Assembly: GCA_965219955.1 (NCBI GenBank) | Contig: OZ244799.1 | Span: 1,888,001-1,952,000, forward strand | Direction: 5' to 3' | Source of the DNA: a bacterium | GTDB taxonomy: Bacteria; UBA8248 | DNA: 64,000 bases | Shown here: positions 31,099 through 41,206 of the stretch, piece after piece | How positions within the stretch are numbered: position 1 is the stretch's first letter | How the letters are laid out: the number at the start of each line of letters is the position of its first letter | Notes under the pieces: generated by a model | Told to the model about the DNA's origin: nothing | Databases searched by the model: none | Seen by the model: only the letters and a program-made list of their open reading frames with translations | Position numbers and translations under genes: made by a program

Positions 31099-31863
31099 CT
31101 AGTAGATGCTGAACGGGAAATACAGCGCGTTGATCCTCTCATAGGCGCCGTCTGAGAGAATCCCCTCGATTGCGCGGTTCAGGCGGCGGCGCAGCGTCTC
31201 GTCTTCTTTGCGGACGGCGATCCCGATTCCCTCGTCGAGGCGATACCCTTCACCCACGAACCCGAAGCGCTCGCCCTCCGGGCTCTGGAGCCAGTTCCAG
31301 AAACCCAGGCCGTCGCCGAACACGGCGTCCACCCGGCCACCTGCGAGCGCCGAGAGGAGCGCCTCCTGAGTGGAGAACAGACGGATATCCGCGATACCGG
31401 CGAGGTTCTCTTCCAACCAGTCAGAAGCGATCGTCGCGCGCGAGGCGCCAATTGTCCGTCCCGCCGGGGCGGAAGGATCGAAACCCCCGCCCTTGCGCGC
31501 CACGAAGCGAACGACGTTGGAGTAGTATCTCTCGGTGAACGCCACCAGCCGACGGCGCTTCTCCGTGATCGACATGCTCGACACGATGGCGTCGAACTTC
31601 CCGGCCCGCAATCCGGGGATCAGGTACTCCCAGTCGTGGCGAACGAACTCGCACACGGCTTTCATCCTCGCGCACAGCGCCAGGGCGATATCGACGTCGA
31701 AACCCTTGAGACGTCCCTCATCGTCGATGCGGCTGAAGGGTGGATAGCCAGCGTCGACGCCGATGCGGACCTTGGAAGCGGTTTCCGCAAATTCGGTCGC
31801 GGTGAGGACCGCCCCGCCGAGGACGGCGAGGAATAAGGCGATGAGTAAAACTCTGTACATCAT
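31099..31863 (-). CDS. Polar amino acid ABC substrate-binding protein (family 3, orphan)
   Basis: YPPFS, GFDVDIA, KFDAIVSSMSITEKR, GIGIAVRK. Confidence 0.92.
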   Translation of the reverse strand: MMYRVLLIALFLAVLGGAVLTATEFAETASKVRIGVDAGYPPFSRIDDEGRLKGFDVDIALALCARMKAVCEFVRHDWEYLIPGLRAGKFDAIVSSMSITEKRRRLVAFTERYYSNVVRFVARKGGGFDPSAPAGRTIGASRATIASDWLEENLAGIADIRLFSTQEALLSALAGGRVDAVFGDGLGFWNWLQSPEGERFGFVGEGYRLDEGIGIAVRKEDETLRRRLNRAIEGILSDGAYERINALYFPFSIY

Positions 31864-32002
31864 GGTCGACCCCCTGTATGTTCGCAATCGATAAAGCTTA
31901 GGGAGATATTGCTATCTTTCACCTTTTCCCGGACACTCAGTGATTGTATTCAGGACATTCCGGCAGCCCCGCGAGTAAAGACGGACATTCGCCGGCCCGC
32001 TG

Positions 32003-33076
32003 TCAGGCGGCCTGTATCCGGGACCACGTCGCCTCGTATAGCCGCGCCACCTCCTCTCCTAGGTAGAGCGCGGGCTCGCACCTCGAAAGCGTCATATCGT
32101 CCGGGTATATTACCGGGTTCTCCAGGTAGCTCGCCGGCAGCAGCGCCTTCGCGGCTGCGTTTGGCGTCGCATACCGGATCGTGGCCGCAATTGCCGCCCC
32201 GGCCTCGGCCCCCAGGATGAAGTTCAAAAATGCGTGCGCGTTTTCGGGATGCGGCGCGCCGCGGGGTATCGCAAGCGCATCCTCCCACAGGCTCGAACCC
32301 TCACGAGGCACGACATAGGATATATCGTCGTCTTTCTCCATCGCCTGAAGGATGTCCCCGTTCCATTCCATTGCGATGTCCACTTCACCGGAAAGCAGCA
32401 GTTCCTGGCCGTTGTCCGGCGCGAACTGCTTGATTTGCGGCTTTTGCGCGATAATCATCCTCTCGGCCGCCTTCACGACCTTCGGGTCGCTCGTGTTGAG
32501 TGGATGGCCCATGTACTTGAAGGCCGCTCCCAGTACGCTGCTCGCCTCGCTCAAAAGCGCGCAACGCCCCCTGTAGCGCCCCGAATCGAACAGCCAGCGC
32601 CAACTGTCGGGGGTTCCGTCGCAACGCGACTTGCGGTAGCCGATCCCCATCGTGCCCCACATGTAGGGGATGGAATGTAGGCGACCGGGATCGAAGGCGG
32701 CGTCCCGGAAAGCGTGCTCGATATTCACCATATTGGGGATGGCTTCGTGGTCGAGGGGCGTGAGCATATCGGCCGCGACCATCCGCTCCACGAAATCGTT
32801 CGAAGGCGCGATCACGTCGTAGCCGGGATTGCCCGCTTTCAGTTTTGCGAACAACTCCTCATTGTCGGAATAAATGTCCATTCGCACCGATACGCCGGTC
32901 TTGGCCTTGAAGTCCGAAAGGGTGGTCTTGCCGACATAGGAGTCCCAATTATAGAAGTTGAGCCTGGGCTCCTCTCTCGCGAATCCGTCGCTCGGCAAAA
33001 GAGAGACCGCAGCCGCCATGCCCATCCCCGCCATGAAGCGGCGCCGCGTCAGCCTGCACATCGAACCCGTTAGCAT
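32003..33076 (-). CDS. Spermidine/putrescine ABC substrate-binding protein (PotD/F-like), Tat-exported, orphan
   Basis: TRRRFM Tat motif; LNFYNWDSY, YDVIAPS, PYMWGTMGIGY, VVPREGS. Confidence 0.92.
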   Translation of the reverse strand: MLTGSMCRLTRRRFMAGMGMAAAVSLLPSDGFAREEPRLNFYNWDSYVGKTTLSDFKAKTGVSVRMDIYSDNEELFAKLKAGNPGYDVIAPSNDFVERMVAADMLTPLDHEAIPNMVNIEHAFRDAAFDPGRLHSIPYMWGTMGIGYRKSRCDGTPDSWRWLFDSGRYRGRCALLSEASSVLGAAFKYMGHPLNTSDPKVVKAAERMIIAQKPQIKQFAPDNGQELLLSGEVDIAMEWNGDILQAMEKDDDISYVVPREGSSLWEDALAIPRGAPHPENAHAFLNFILGAEAGAAIAATIRYATPNAAAKALLPASYLENPVIYPDDMTLSRCEPALYLGEEVARLYEATWSRIQAA

Positions 33077-33899
33077 GGCGAACTCCTCTTTTCGTTATAG
33101 TCGTTCAGGTCACGTAGAGCATGACGAAACCCTCAACCTTGCAAAGAATCCGTGGCAAGACTGCACTTGCTGATTTATGACAGCAGAACGCCTGCAGCGC
33201 AAGTTTCTGTAGATGCAGGATATTGGGATACATCTCTTTCGGCAGAAGATTTTCCATGTGGGGGTTTCTTCACAGAGAACCGCTCGTCACTGGAGTTTCC
33301 GCATGCCTTAAAAATGCTGTAATCAGACGCGGCCTTCGAGAGGGCGACCAGCGTGGCGCAAGCAGTTACGACGTAGAAGTGAACCTGTTCCATGGACAAT
33401 CTCCTGAGCGGGAAACTGTATCACTTTGCCCCAGCGTGATGTTGCCGGGATACACAGGGTTATTCTTTTGTCCGCTTTGGATTCGGTTACATTTGAACAA
33501 GACAAATCCTGAGCGAAATACGAGAAAAGCAAATATCTGCTAAGGTTTCAATAAGCTACGAAGTGTTTCACGGCAGTTAGCCATGCACTGGTGTCTCATA
33601 CGGATGATTTCCTCTTTTTCCGGCTATCACCGCCTGAACATTCGACTCGACCATTACTCGTTGCGGTACGGGGAGTGTTCAGAAAGAGTTTGCGCCTCTC
33701 GCACGATCACAACTTAACCGGCAAGATGCCCGTCAACGCATTTCCAGCGTGTCGTTACAATTGTTTTCGTCTTTTTCAAGGGCTATGATGGGATGTTGCA
33801 ACGACTTCAATTCAGGGCAAAAATGTCAATCTTTGCGAGGCTGTCAATCCTTGTAGTCGATCACGGATACTTGGTTAATCTTGGAACCAGGCCAACGTC

Positions 33900-35078
33900 A
33901 TGTTGACTTTTGTCGAGGAGCTTCTCCTGCTGACGGCCGATGAAGACGGCGAGTTGGTTCCGATGCAGGATGACCGATACGAATGCGCCATGGCAGGCGC
34001 CGCGCTGATGGACTTGGCTTTCGCCAACAGGATCGACACCGACCTGCAAATGCTCGTGGTCAGCGACCACACGCCGACCGGCGATTCCATGCTCGACCGT
34101 ATCCTGGCGAAGATTGCGGACCGCAAGCAGGCCGTGGATACGCGGAGGTGGATCAAGGATTTATCCGAAGACGAAGCACTCACGATACAGGAGTCGACGC
34201 TTAACGGCCTTGTCGAGCGCGGCATCCTGAAACACCAGGAGAAAAGATTCCCGTGGACCTCCCGCTCCCGGCGCTGCTTGATGGTTGACGGCAAGGCCCG
34301 GAACGAGGTCAGTCTGCGTATCGAGAATGTGCTGATTTCCGAGGCTATCCCCGATCCCCGGGACATCGCCCTGATCTCTTTGTTGGATGCGTGCGATATC
34401 CTCCCGGATATCTTTCCCGGCGGCTGGATGGAACGATGCCGCCCCCGGCTCGAGCAGCTTCGCAAAATGGACTTGATCGGCCGTGAGGTAGCCGGCGCGA
34501 TCGCCGATGTCGATCGAACGATCATTCTCGCTCTACGAGCCCGGTCGACACGTTTCCGAAAGTTGCTGCTGGCCCTCTCCGCCATGGGCGCTCTGGCTAC
34601 GGCGGCGACGTTGCTGTCTCCCCGCGTCCCCGTACCGGACCGGTTCGGCCCCACGTTCCTTGAGCTTCTCTGGTTCGACGGTCTGTGGCAGCAGTGGAGC
34701 GGCTATGCGCTTCTCGGATTGAGCGGGGCGGGATTCATGGCGGCGGCGCTCAGGAAATGGCGGCCTGCGGCGCGATTGGGCGGCTCCAATTGGTGGCGGC
34801 TCGCCCACCTCGTGATCGGTATCTGCTGCGTGCTCGTCTTGTTCGTCCATACCGGCTTCCGGATAGGCGCGAATATGAACGCGGCGCTCATGATCTGCTA
34901 TCTGGCCATGCTGATGTCCGGCGCGTTGGCCGGAATCTCGATCAACGGAGCGTCTCAGCTCCGTAGAATCGGGGTTTCCCCGAAACCGCTCTACTTTCTG
35001 ATGAAACTCCACGTCATCGCGCTATATCCACTGCCTGCTCTGCTGATCATCCACATCCTCATCGTCTATATGTACTGA
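33900..35078 (+). CDS. GPP34 (Golgi phosphoprotein 3-like) domain fused to a His-containing, cytochrome-b-like membrane domain
   Basis: N-terminal EELLLL...AGAALMDLA..RID...TGDSMLD...LVERGIL...PDPRDIALISL is GPP34-like. The C-terminal part has about 5 TM helices with His in RLAHLV, FVHTG, KLHVI and IIHIL. Confidence 0.75.
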   Translation: MLTFVEELLLLTADEDGELVPMQDDRYECAMAGAALMDLAFANRIDTDLQMLVVSDHTPTGDSMLDRILAKIADRKQAVDTRRWIKDLSEDEALTIQESTLNGLVERGILKHQEKRFPWTSRSRRCLMVDGKARNEVSLRIENVLISEAIPDPRDIALISLLDACDILPDIFPGGWMERCRPRLEQLRKMDLIGREVAGAIADVDRTIILALRARSTRFRKLLLALSAMGALATAATLLSPRVPVPDRFGPTFLELLWFDGLWQQWSGYALLGLSGAGFMAAALRKWRPAARLGGSNWWRLAHLVIGICCVLVLFVHTGFRIGANMNAALMICYLAMLMSGALAGISINGASQLRRIGVSPKPLYFLMKLHVIALYPLPALLIIHILIVYMY

Positions 35079-35089
35079 GAGAACTGCGC

Positions 35090-36580
35090 GTGTCACGGAA
35101 GGCGATTTTCTGGATTCTATGCACAACCGGAACCCTCCTCGCCGTAGCCGTCACGGCGGTGTGGATGTTTTTTGGTGGTGATCGCGGAACGCTGGTGATC
35201 GGCAAAGGCACCGATGCCCACCACCAGATAATGACGACCTGCGAGACCTGTCACGCCGCGCCGGTTTTCGCTGATGCGGCTGCGGCGGAAAGGGCGCTTA
35301 ACAAGACTTGCCGGAACTGCCACGAAGAAGAACTGAAGGCCGCCGGTGACAGCCATTCGCGCAAGAAGTTTCGCGGTCCAAGAATGGCCGCATACTGGGA
35401 AAGACTCGATGCGCGTCGCTGTACAGCCTGCCATATAGAGCACCGTCCCGAGATCACGCGCGCAGGGGCCGTCACCGTCGCGATGGATTTCTGCGTGGCT
35501 TGTCATTCAGAAGGCGATCAGGACGTGCGGAAGGTTCGCCCGAGCCACGCGGGGCTGACCTTTAACACATGTGCGTCGGGGGGCTGTCATAATTACCATG
35601 ACAATCGCGCCCTATATGAGGATTTCCTGGTCAGGCACGCCACTCAGCCCCGGGTTGCGCCCTTACCGGTGCACAGTTTGAGTGCGCGTTACCGAACTCG
35701 GCAACTACCAGAGAAGACGGCGCTCAGAAGGAGAGACGCCATAGCTCCCGAGAGCGCGCTCGCCGAACAGGCGGTGTTGAACCAATGGGCCAGCTCCGGT
35801 CACGCGGCAGGGGGGGTGAACTGCGCCGGTTGCCACGCGCCTGATGTCGCGCAAGGTTCTCCTCGCGCCGAAGTAGAGGCCCGCTGGGTCGACGCGCCGC
35901 GCATGAGGGTTTGCGAAGGTTGCCACAAGATGCAAGCGAGAACATTTGCACGGGGAAGGCACGGCATGCGCGGACACCCATTGATCGCGCCTCCCCGCGA
36001 CCCGGGCCGCCGGCTCGAAGCGATGGGGCTCGGCGGCATCCTGCCGGAGGGAATCGCGGCCCGGTTCGCGGACCCGGCCCCTCCGGCTTTCATGACCGTC
36101 GCCGAGTCGCGTCTGCCGATGCGGGCCGACGCCGTCAGTGGAACGCTCAATTGCGGAACGTGTCACCGGCCCCATGCGGTGGACATCAAGCGGGCCGCGG
36201 TCCAAGCTTGCGCATCCTGCCACGATGACACCCACACCAGAGCCTACTTCGAAAGCACCCACTACGGGTTGTGGCAAGCCGAGCTTGCCGGTGAAGCGCC
36301 GCCGGGCGGTGGCGTCAGCTGTGCGACCTGTCATCTGGTCAAGATCGAACGTCGCGGGAAGATCATGACCAATCACAACCAGAATGACAATCTGCGACCG
36401 AACGAGAAGATGATCCGGTCCGTATGCCTGGATTGTCATGGCCTGGGTTTTGCGCTCGACTCGCTTGCGGACACGGGGCTCGTGGCCCGAAACTTCAGGG
36501 GGAAGCCCGCGGTTCATGTCAGAAGCATCGAATGGGCTAAGCGGCGCGCAGCGGCAACTGGGTGGAACAAAGGACGTTGA
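35090..36580 (+). CDS. Membrane-anchored multiheme cytochrome c (10 CxxCH plus 1 CxxxxCH)
   Basis: CETCH, CRNCH, CTACH, CVACH, CASGGCH, CAGCH, CEGCH, CGTCH, CASCH, CATCH, CLDCH. N-terminal TM helix. Confidence 0.92.
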   Translation: MSRKAIFWILCTTGTLLAVAVTAVWMFFGGDRGTLVIGKGTDAHHQIMTTCETCHAAPVFADAAAAERALNKTCRNCHEEELKAAGDSHSRKKFRGPRMAAYWERLDARRCTACHIEHRPEITRAGAVTVAMDFCVACHSEGDQDVRKVRPSHAGLTFNTCASGGCHNYHDNRALYEDFLVRHATQPRVAPLPVHSLSARYRTRQLPEKTALRRRDAIAPESALAEQAVLNQWASSGHAAGGVNCAGCHAPDVAQGSPRAEVEARWVDAPRMRVCEGCHKMQARTFARGRHGMRGHPLIAPPRDPGRRLEAMGLGGILPEGIAARFADPAPPAFMTVAESRLPMRADAVSGTLNCGTCHRPHAVDIKRAAVQACASCHDDTHTRAYFESTHYGLWQAELAGEAPPGGGVSCATCHLVKIERRGKIMTNHNQNDNLRPNEKMIRSVCLDCHGLGFALDSLADTGLVARNFRGKPAVHVRSIEWAKRRAAATGWNKGR

Positions 36581-36637
36581 CCAACTGCCACGCATCGTTC
36601 AAAATCCGGGAAGACAAACAGGGAGGATCAGATTGCC

Positions 36638-37258
36638 ATGCGTCTAGGCACACGCAAGCTGGTCGGACTCGCACTCGGCGCGGCGATTTTAATGGCGGCG
36701 GGTGTTGCGGCCGAGGGGATACCGCACCGCCGGGTAGCCGATATGCTGCATCTCGTAGTGTCCTCGGATCGGGCGGTGTATACGCGCAAGGTGGTCCAGC
36801 GTCTTACGAGAGACAAGAAGATCATCACCGCATCGGAGCATTTCGAAGACGATTCGGCATTGCCTCTGCCGGCGCAGATGTTCCGTTTCGGCGCGGAATT
36901 AGTTACCGACAAGACCGAGGACTTCTCGTATTCGCTACTCTCGTTACATCCGATCAACAAGAAAAACGGCCCGGGAACGAATATGGAGAGGAAAGGCCTC
37001 GAATATGTCGAAAATAATCCGGGAAAGAATTACTACGGTGAGGAGAAACTCGGCGGCCGACGCTACTTCACCGCCGTCTACCCCGACTATGCCGTGGCCG
37101 AAGCCTGCGTGAATTGCCACAACAGCCACAAGGACTCTCCCCGCGCCGATGCCACGGTCGGCGACGTGATGGGCGGCGTCGTCATTCGTATCCCGCTGGA
37201 CTTATGTCGGCGGGTTTCGCCCGTTGTCCGGCGTTGTAACCCGTATGAAAAACGATAG
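36638..37258 (+). CDS. DUF3365/Tll0287-like periplasmic monoheme protein
   Basis: Signal peptide; LPLPAQMFR, LLSLHPINKKNGP, YFTAVYPD, ACVNCHN, GDVMGGVVIRIP. Confidence 0.85.
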   Translation: MRLGTRKLVGLALGAAILMAAGVAAEGIPHRRVADMLHLVVSSDRAVYTRKVVQRLTRDKKIITASEHFEDDSALPLPAQMFRFGAELVTDKTEDFSYSLLSLHPINKKNGPGTNMERKGLEYVENNPGKNYYGEEKLGGRRYFTAVYPDYAVAEACVNCHNSHKDSPRADATVGDVMGGVVIRIPLDLCRRVSPVVRRCNPYEKR

Positions 37259-37716
37259 CCGACACGTTTCCGATGGTATGGACGCGCCCTCCCGGAAACT
37301 TCACACCAGAGGCAAGTGATATGGCTTGCCGCGCTGCAGGGGGTTCTCCAGGAAACAGGTTCACATCCGTATCGGTTTTTGTTTTTTGGCGTCGGATGGA
37401 TTTCGAAACGTCACGGCAGTTCCCCTCCGGACCTCGCTGGTACCCCGCATTCACGTGACGATGAAACCTTTGTCGGTCGTTCGCATTATTCTCCGGAGCA
37501 CGAACAAGGAGTAGACCATGTTGCTTTGGAACGAAGGCGGGCGGGTTGCGATTTCCCGACACCCTGTATTATCCTTTCAGAATGCTCGGAACAGGACACG
37601 GCGGAGCGAGGCCGCTACACAATCAATCTTCATGCAAGCCCAATGTGGCCTTGCGGGGAAACACCGACACTTATTCCGAATCGACCGACACACACAACGA
37701 GAACAGGGGGCCAACC

Positions 37717-38754
37717 ATGAAATCCAGAGTTCTTCTTATCTTCGTTTTGACCATCGCCATAGGAACTGCGGCGCTCGTATCCCTGCCGAGCCGGGCGGAT
37801 GCCGCCTGCAGCGTCCGCATCGGCGACCTGAACTGGGACAGCGCGAACTTTCACGATCAGGTGGCCGCCTTCATCCTGGAGCACGGCTACGGCTGCCGGG
37901 TGCGGCTCATCTACGGCGGCACGCTGCCGATCATGACGGCCCACTACGAAGGCAAGAACGACATTATCATGGAACTTTGGTACGACAACGTGAAGGCGCA
38001 GTACGACCCCGCCATGAAGAGCGGCAAGGTCAAGCAGGTGGGAGTCAACACGCCCGACAGCATACAGGGCTGGTTCATCCCGCGCTTCGTTCAGAAGGCG
38101 AATCCCGGCCTCAAGTCTGTCTTCGACCTGCCCAAGTACAAGCATCTCTTCAAGGACCCCGAAGAGCCCTCCAAGGGCCGGTTCGTGAACTGCATCCCCG
38201 GCTGGTCGTGCGAGGTCATCAACACGGTGAAGCTGCGCGCCTACGGGCTGGAGGAGCATTTCACCAACTTCCGGCCCGGCTCCGGCGGCGCGCTCGCGGC
38301 GGCCATCAAGGGCGCGTATCTCAAGAAAAAGCCGGTGCTCGCCTATTACTGGGCGCCGACGCCGCTCCTGGGACAGCTCGACCTCGTGCAGCTCGAAGAG
38401 CCCAAATGGAACGAGGCCGACTGGAACGTGGTGGTGAAACACATGGACGCGCTCAAGAAGGGCGGAATGGAGGCCTTGGGCAACCCCAAGAAGGCGACCG
38501 CCTACCGGACGGCGGAGCTGCCGAAGTCGGTCACCACGAAGTTCGCGGCCAAGCATCCGAAGATCGTCGCCTTCATCGAGAAATACACGCTGCCATCCAA
38601 AGAAGTCTCGAAGATGCTGGCCTATCTCGAGAGCAAAGCCGGCGGCGACGCCAAAGCCACCGCGATCCATTTCCTGAAGACCAACAAGGTCTGGAAGAAG
38701 TGGGTTCCGGCCGACGTAGCGAAAAAGGTCGAGGCGGCGCTCGAATCGGCTTGA
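37717..38754 (+). CDS. proX: Glycine betaine/proline-type ABC substrate-binding protein
   Basis: Signal peptide; LNWDSA, MELW, CIPGWSCE, YYWAPT. Confidence 0.88.
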   Translation: MKSRVLLIFVLTIAIGTAALVSLPSRADAACSVRIGDLNWDSANFHDQVAAFILEHGYGCRVRLIYGGTLPIMTAHYEGKNDIIMELWYDNVKAQYDPAMKSGKVKQVGVNTPDSIQGWFIPRFVQKANPGLKSVFDLPKYKHLFKDPEEPSKGRFVNCIPGWSCEVINTVKLRAYGLEEHFTNFRPGSGGALAAAIKGAYLKKKPVLAYYWAPTPLLGQLDLVQLEEPKWNEADWNVVVKHMDALKKGGMEALGNPKKATAYRTAELPKSVTTKFAAKHPKIVAFIEKYTLPSKEVSKMLAYLESKAGGDAKATAIHFLKTNKVWKKWVPADVAKKVEAALESA

Positions 38755-38815
38755 GTTGCGCCCGCGCGATGTTTTTTTCTCGTGAAGCGGCGCCTGGTCC
38801 CGGGGAGGTCCGCCG

Positions 38816-39724
38816 ATGATGAAGTTCTTCCGCGGACTATTCCCCGACTGGGCGGTCGAATGGCCCAAGGGCCTGAACCTGCCGCTGAACAAGTGGACCA
38901 ACGATTTCGTCGAATGGCTGGTCTACGAGTACGGGATCATCTTCGAGACCGCCTCGGACGCCATTCTCGTTCTGCTGGTCGGCCTCGAGCGTTTCCTGCG
39001 CGACCTCCCCTGGCTCGTCGTATTCTTGGGCGTGTGCGCGCTCACCTTCTTCTCCAGCGGGCGCAAATGGGGCCTGACCGCGCTGGTGGCCGCCTGTATG
39101 TTCTTCATCGGCCTCACCGATCCCAGGCTGTGGGATTTGTCGATGATGACCCTTTCGGTCATGCTGGTTTCGACCCTGATCTGCATCGGCCTGGGCGTTC
39201 CGATCGGCATCGCGATATCGAGAAACGACCGGATGCGCGACATGGTGCTGCCCGCGCTCGACCTGATGCAGACGATGCCGAGCTTCGTCTATCTCATTCC
39301 GGCGATCATGCTCTTCGGCCTCGGCGCGGTGCCCGCCGTCTTCGCCACGGTGATCTACGCCATCCCGCCGGTGGTCCGCCTGACCGACCTGGGGATCCGC
39401 CTGGTGGATGAGGACATCGTCGAAGCATCCGACGCCATGGGCGCGAGCCGGAGGCAGAAGCTCCTTCGCGTGCAGATACCGATGGCGCTGCCCAACATCA
39501 TGCAGGGAGTCAACCAGACCACGATGATGGCGCTCGCGATGGTGGTGATCGCCTCGATGATCGGAACCCGGGGGCTCGGCACCGAGGTGCTCATCGGCCT
39601 CCAGCAGCTCAACGTCGGGCGCGCGCTCGAGGCCGGCGTGGCCATCGTGCTGCTCGCCATCGTGATGGACCGCGTCACCCAGGCCTACGGCGGGCGCTTC
39701 ATCCGCACGAGCGGGAGGGTCTGA
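38816..39724 (+). CDS. proW: Glycine betaine-type ABC permease
   Basis: LDLMQTMPSFVYLIP, PPVVRLTDLGIR, GVNQTTMMAL. Confidence 0.92.
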   Translation: MMKFFRGLFPDWAVEWPKGLNLPLNKWTNDFVEWLVYEYGIIFETASDAILVLLVGLERFLRDLPWLVVFLGVCALTFFSSGRKWGLTALVAACMFFIGLTDPRLWDLSMMTLSVMLVSTLICIGLGVPIGIAISRNDRMRDMVLPALDLMQTMPSFVYLIPAIMLFGLGAVPAVFATVIYAIPPVVRLTDLGIRLVDEDIVEASDAMGASRRQKLLRVQIPMALPNIMQGVNQTTMMALAMVVIASMIGTRGLGTEVLIGLQQLNVGRALEAGVAIVLLAIVMDRVTQAYGGRFIRTSGRV

Positions 39725-39728
39725 GCCG

Positions 39729-40787
39729 ATGGCGCTGATCGAGGTGCGAAACGTCTACAAGATATTCGGAACGGGACGCGCGCTGGAGGCGGCGCTCGAC
39801 CTGGCCCAGACGGGCGTCGAGAAGAACGACGTGCTGGTCGAGACCGGCTGCACGCTGGGCTTAAAGGACGTGAGCCTCTCCATCGAGCGGGGCGAAACAT
39901 TCGTGGTCATGGGCCTTTCGGGTTCGGGAAAGTCGACTCTGATCCGCCACATCAACCGGCTGATCGACCCGACGACGGGCCGGATCCTCGTCGACGGGCG
40001 GGACGTGCTCGAACTCTCGCCCGAGGAGTTGCTCGCGTTCCGCCGAAGCGCCGTGAGCATGGTCTTTCAGCGCTTCGCGCTCTTCCCGCACATGACGGTA
40101 CTGGAGAACGTGGGCTACGGCCTGGAAGTCCAGGGGACCGAGCACGCCGAGCGGCGCAGGCGCGCGATGCGGTGGATTGAGGACGTGGAGCTCAGCGGTT
40201 ACGAGAACGCCTATCCGGCCCAGCTCTCGGGCGGCATGCAGCAGCGCGTGGGCCTGGCGCGCGCCCTGTGCACGGACCCCGAGATTCTGCTCATGGACGA
40301 GCCCTTCAGCGCCCTGGACCCGTTGATACGCAAGCAGATGCAGGAACATCTCATCACCCTTCAGCGCGACCTCAAGAAGACCATCGTGTTCATCACCCAC
40401 GATCTCGACGAGGCGCTCCATCTGGGCGATCATATCGCCATTCTGAAAGACGGCGTGATCGACCAGACGGGCAAGCCCAACGAGATTCTGCTCCGTCCGG
40501 CCACTGACTATGTGCGTGAGTTCGTGCGCGAAGTGAAGCGCGGGCGCATCCTGAAGACGGGTGACGTCATGTGGCCGCCCGATGCGGCGGCGACCGGCCC
40601 GACCATATCGCGCGACGCCGTGCTGCAGGACGCGCTGCCCGTGTCCATGATGAACGAATCCCCGCTGCGCGTGGTGGACGAGACGGGCGCAGTGGTCGGC
40701 GTGCTCTCTCGAACGGCCCTCCTGCGCGGTCTGACCGATCATGGCAGTAAAAAAACAGAAGCGGTTTCGCTGACGAGCCACATATAA
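39729..40787 (+). CDS. proV: Glycine betaine-type ABC ATP-binding protein
   Basis: [45 protein letters not shown]. Confidence 0.93.
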   Translation: MALIEVRNVYKIFGTGRALEAALDLAQTGVEKNDVLVETGCTLGLKDVSLSIERGETFVVMGLSGSGKSTLIRHINRLIDPTTGRILVDGRDVLELSPEELLAFRRSAVSMVFQRFALFPHMTVLENVGYGLEVQGTEHAERRRRAMRWIEDVELSGYENAYPAQLSGGMQQRVGLARALCTDPEILLMDEPFSALDPLIRKQMQEHLITLQRDLKKTIVFITHDLDEALHLGDHIAILKDGVIDQTGKPNEILLRPATDYVREFVREVKRGRILKTGDVMWPPDAAATGPTISRDAVLQDALPVSMMNESPLRVVDETGAVVGVLSRTALLRGLTDHGSKKTEAVSLTSHI

Positions 40788-40918
40788 ACGCTCCCTGTAT
40801 TGGCACCCATTTCCCTGATTGGTTTGTCTCGTAATTCCGGCAATCATCGGAATGCCGGTATTCAATAAAAATTTTCAGGGGCCGCTTGAGAGCGACCAAC
40901 GTTCGCGAACGGCCCCGT

Positions 40919-41008
40919 CGATCCATTTCCTGAACACGAACGGGGTCTAGGAGGAAGTGGCTTCCGGCCGACGTAGCGAAAAAGGTCGGGGTGACGGCTC
41001 AAATCGGC
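40919..41008 (+). repeat. Degenerate copy of the last ~90 nt of proX (38663..38750)
   Basis: cgatccatttcctgaa...ttccggccgacgtagcgaaaaaggtcg...aatcggc occurs at both sites. Confidence 0.85.
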
Positions 41009-41206
41009 GTCGTTCGCGCCAGATGAACGAACGAGAGGGCGCTGCGAACCTTGCTGACGAGAGGCTGTTTTTCGCCATGATGAAGGCGATGCGGAAACCG
41101 GAAGGAACTCGCAACTGGGAGCAACCTTTTTGCCGGTTGGCGCCGACGCGCCGAACGACGCGGCTCTCCTGGCCCGAGCGGCCCTACAGCCCTCCGTAAT
41201 GAAATC

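Noticed and set aside
35090-36580. NrfA or hydroxylamine oxidoreductase assignment
   Set aside because: No CxxCK motif, and the heme count and spacing do not fit either family.
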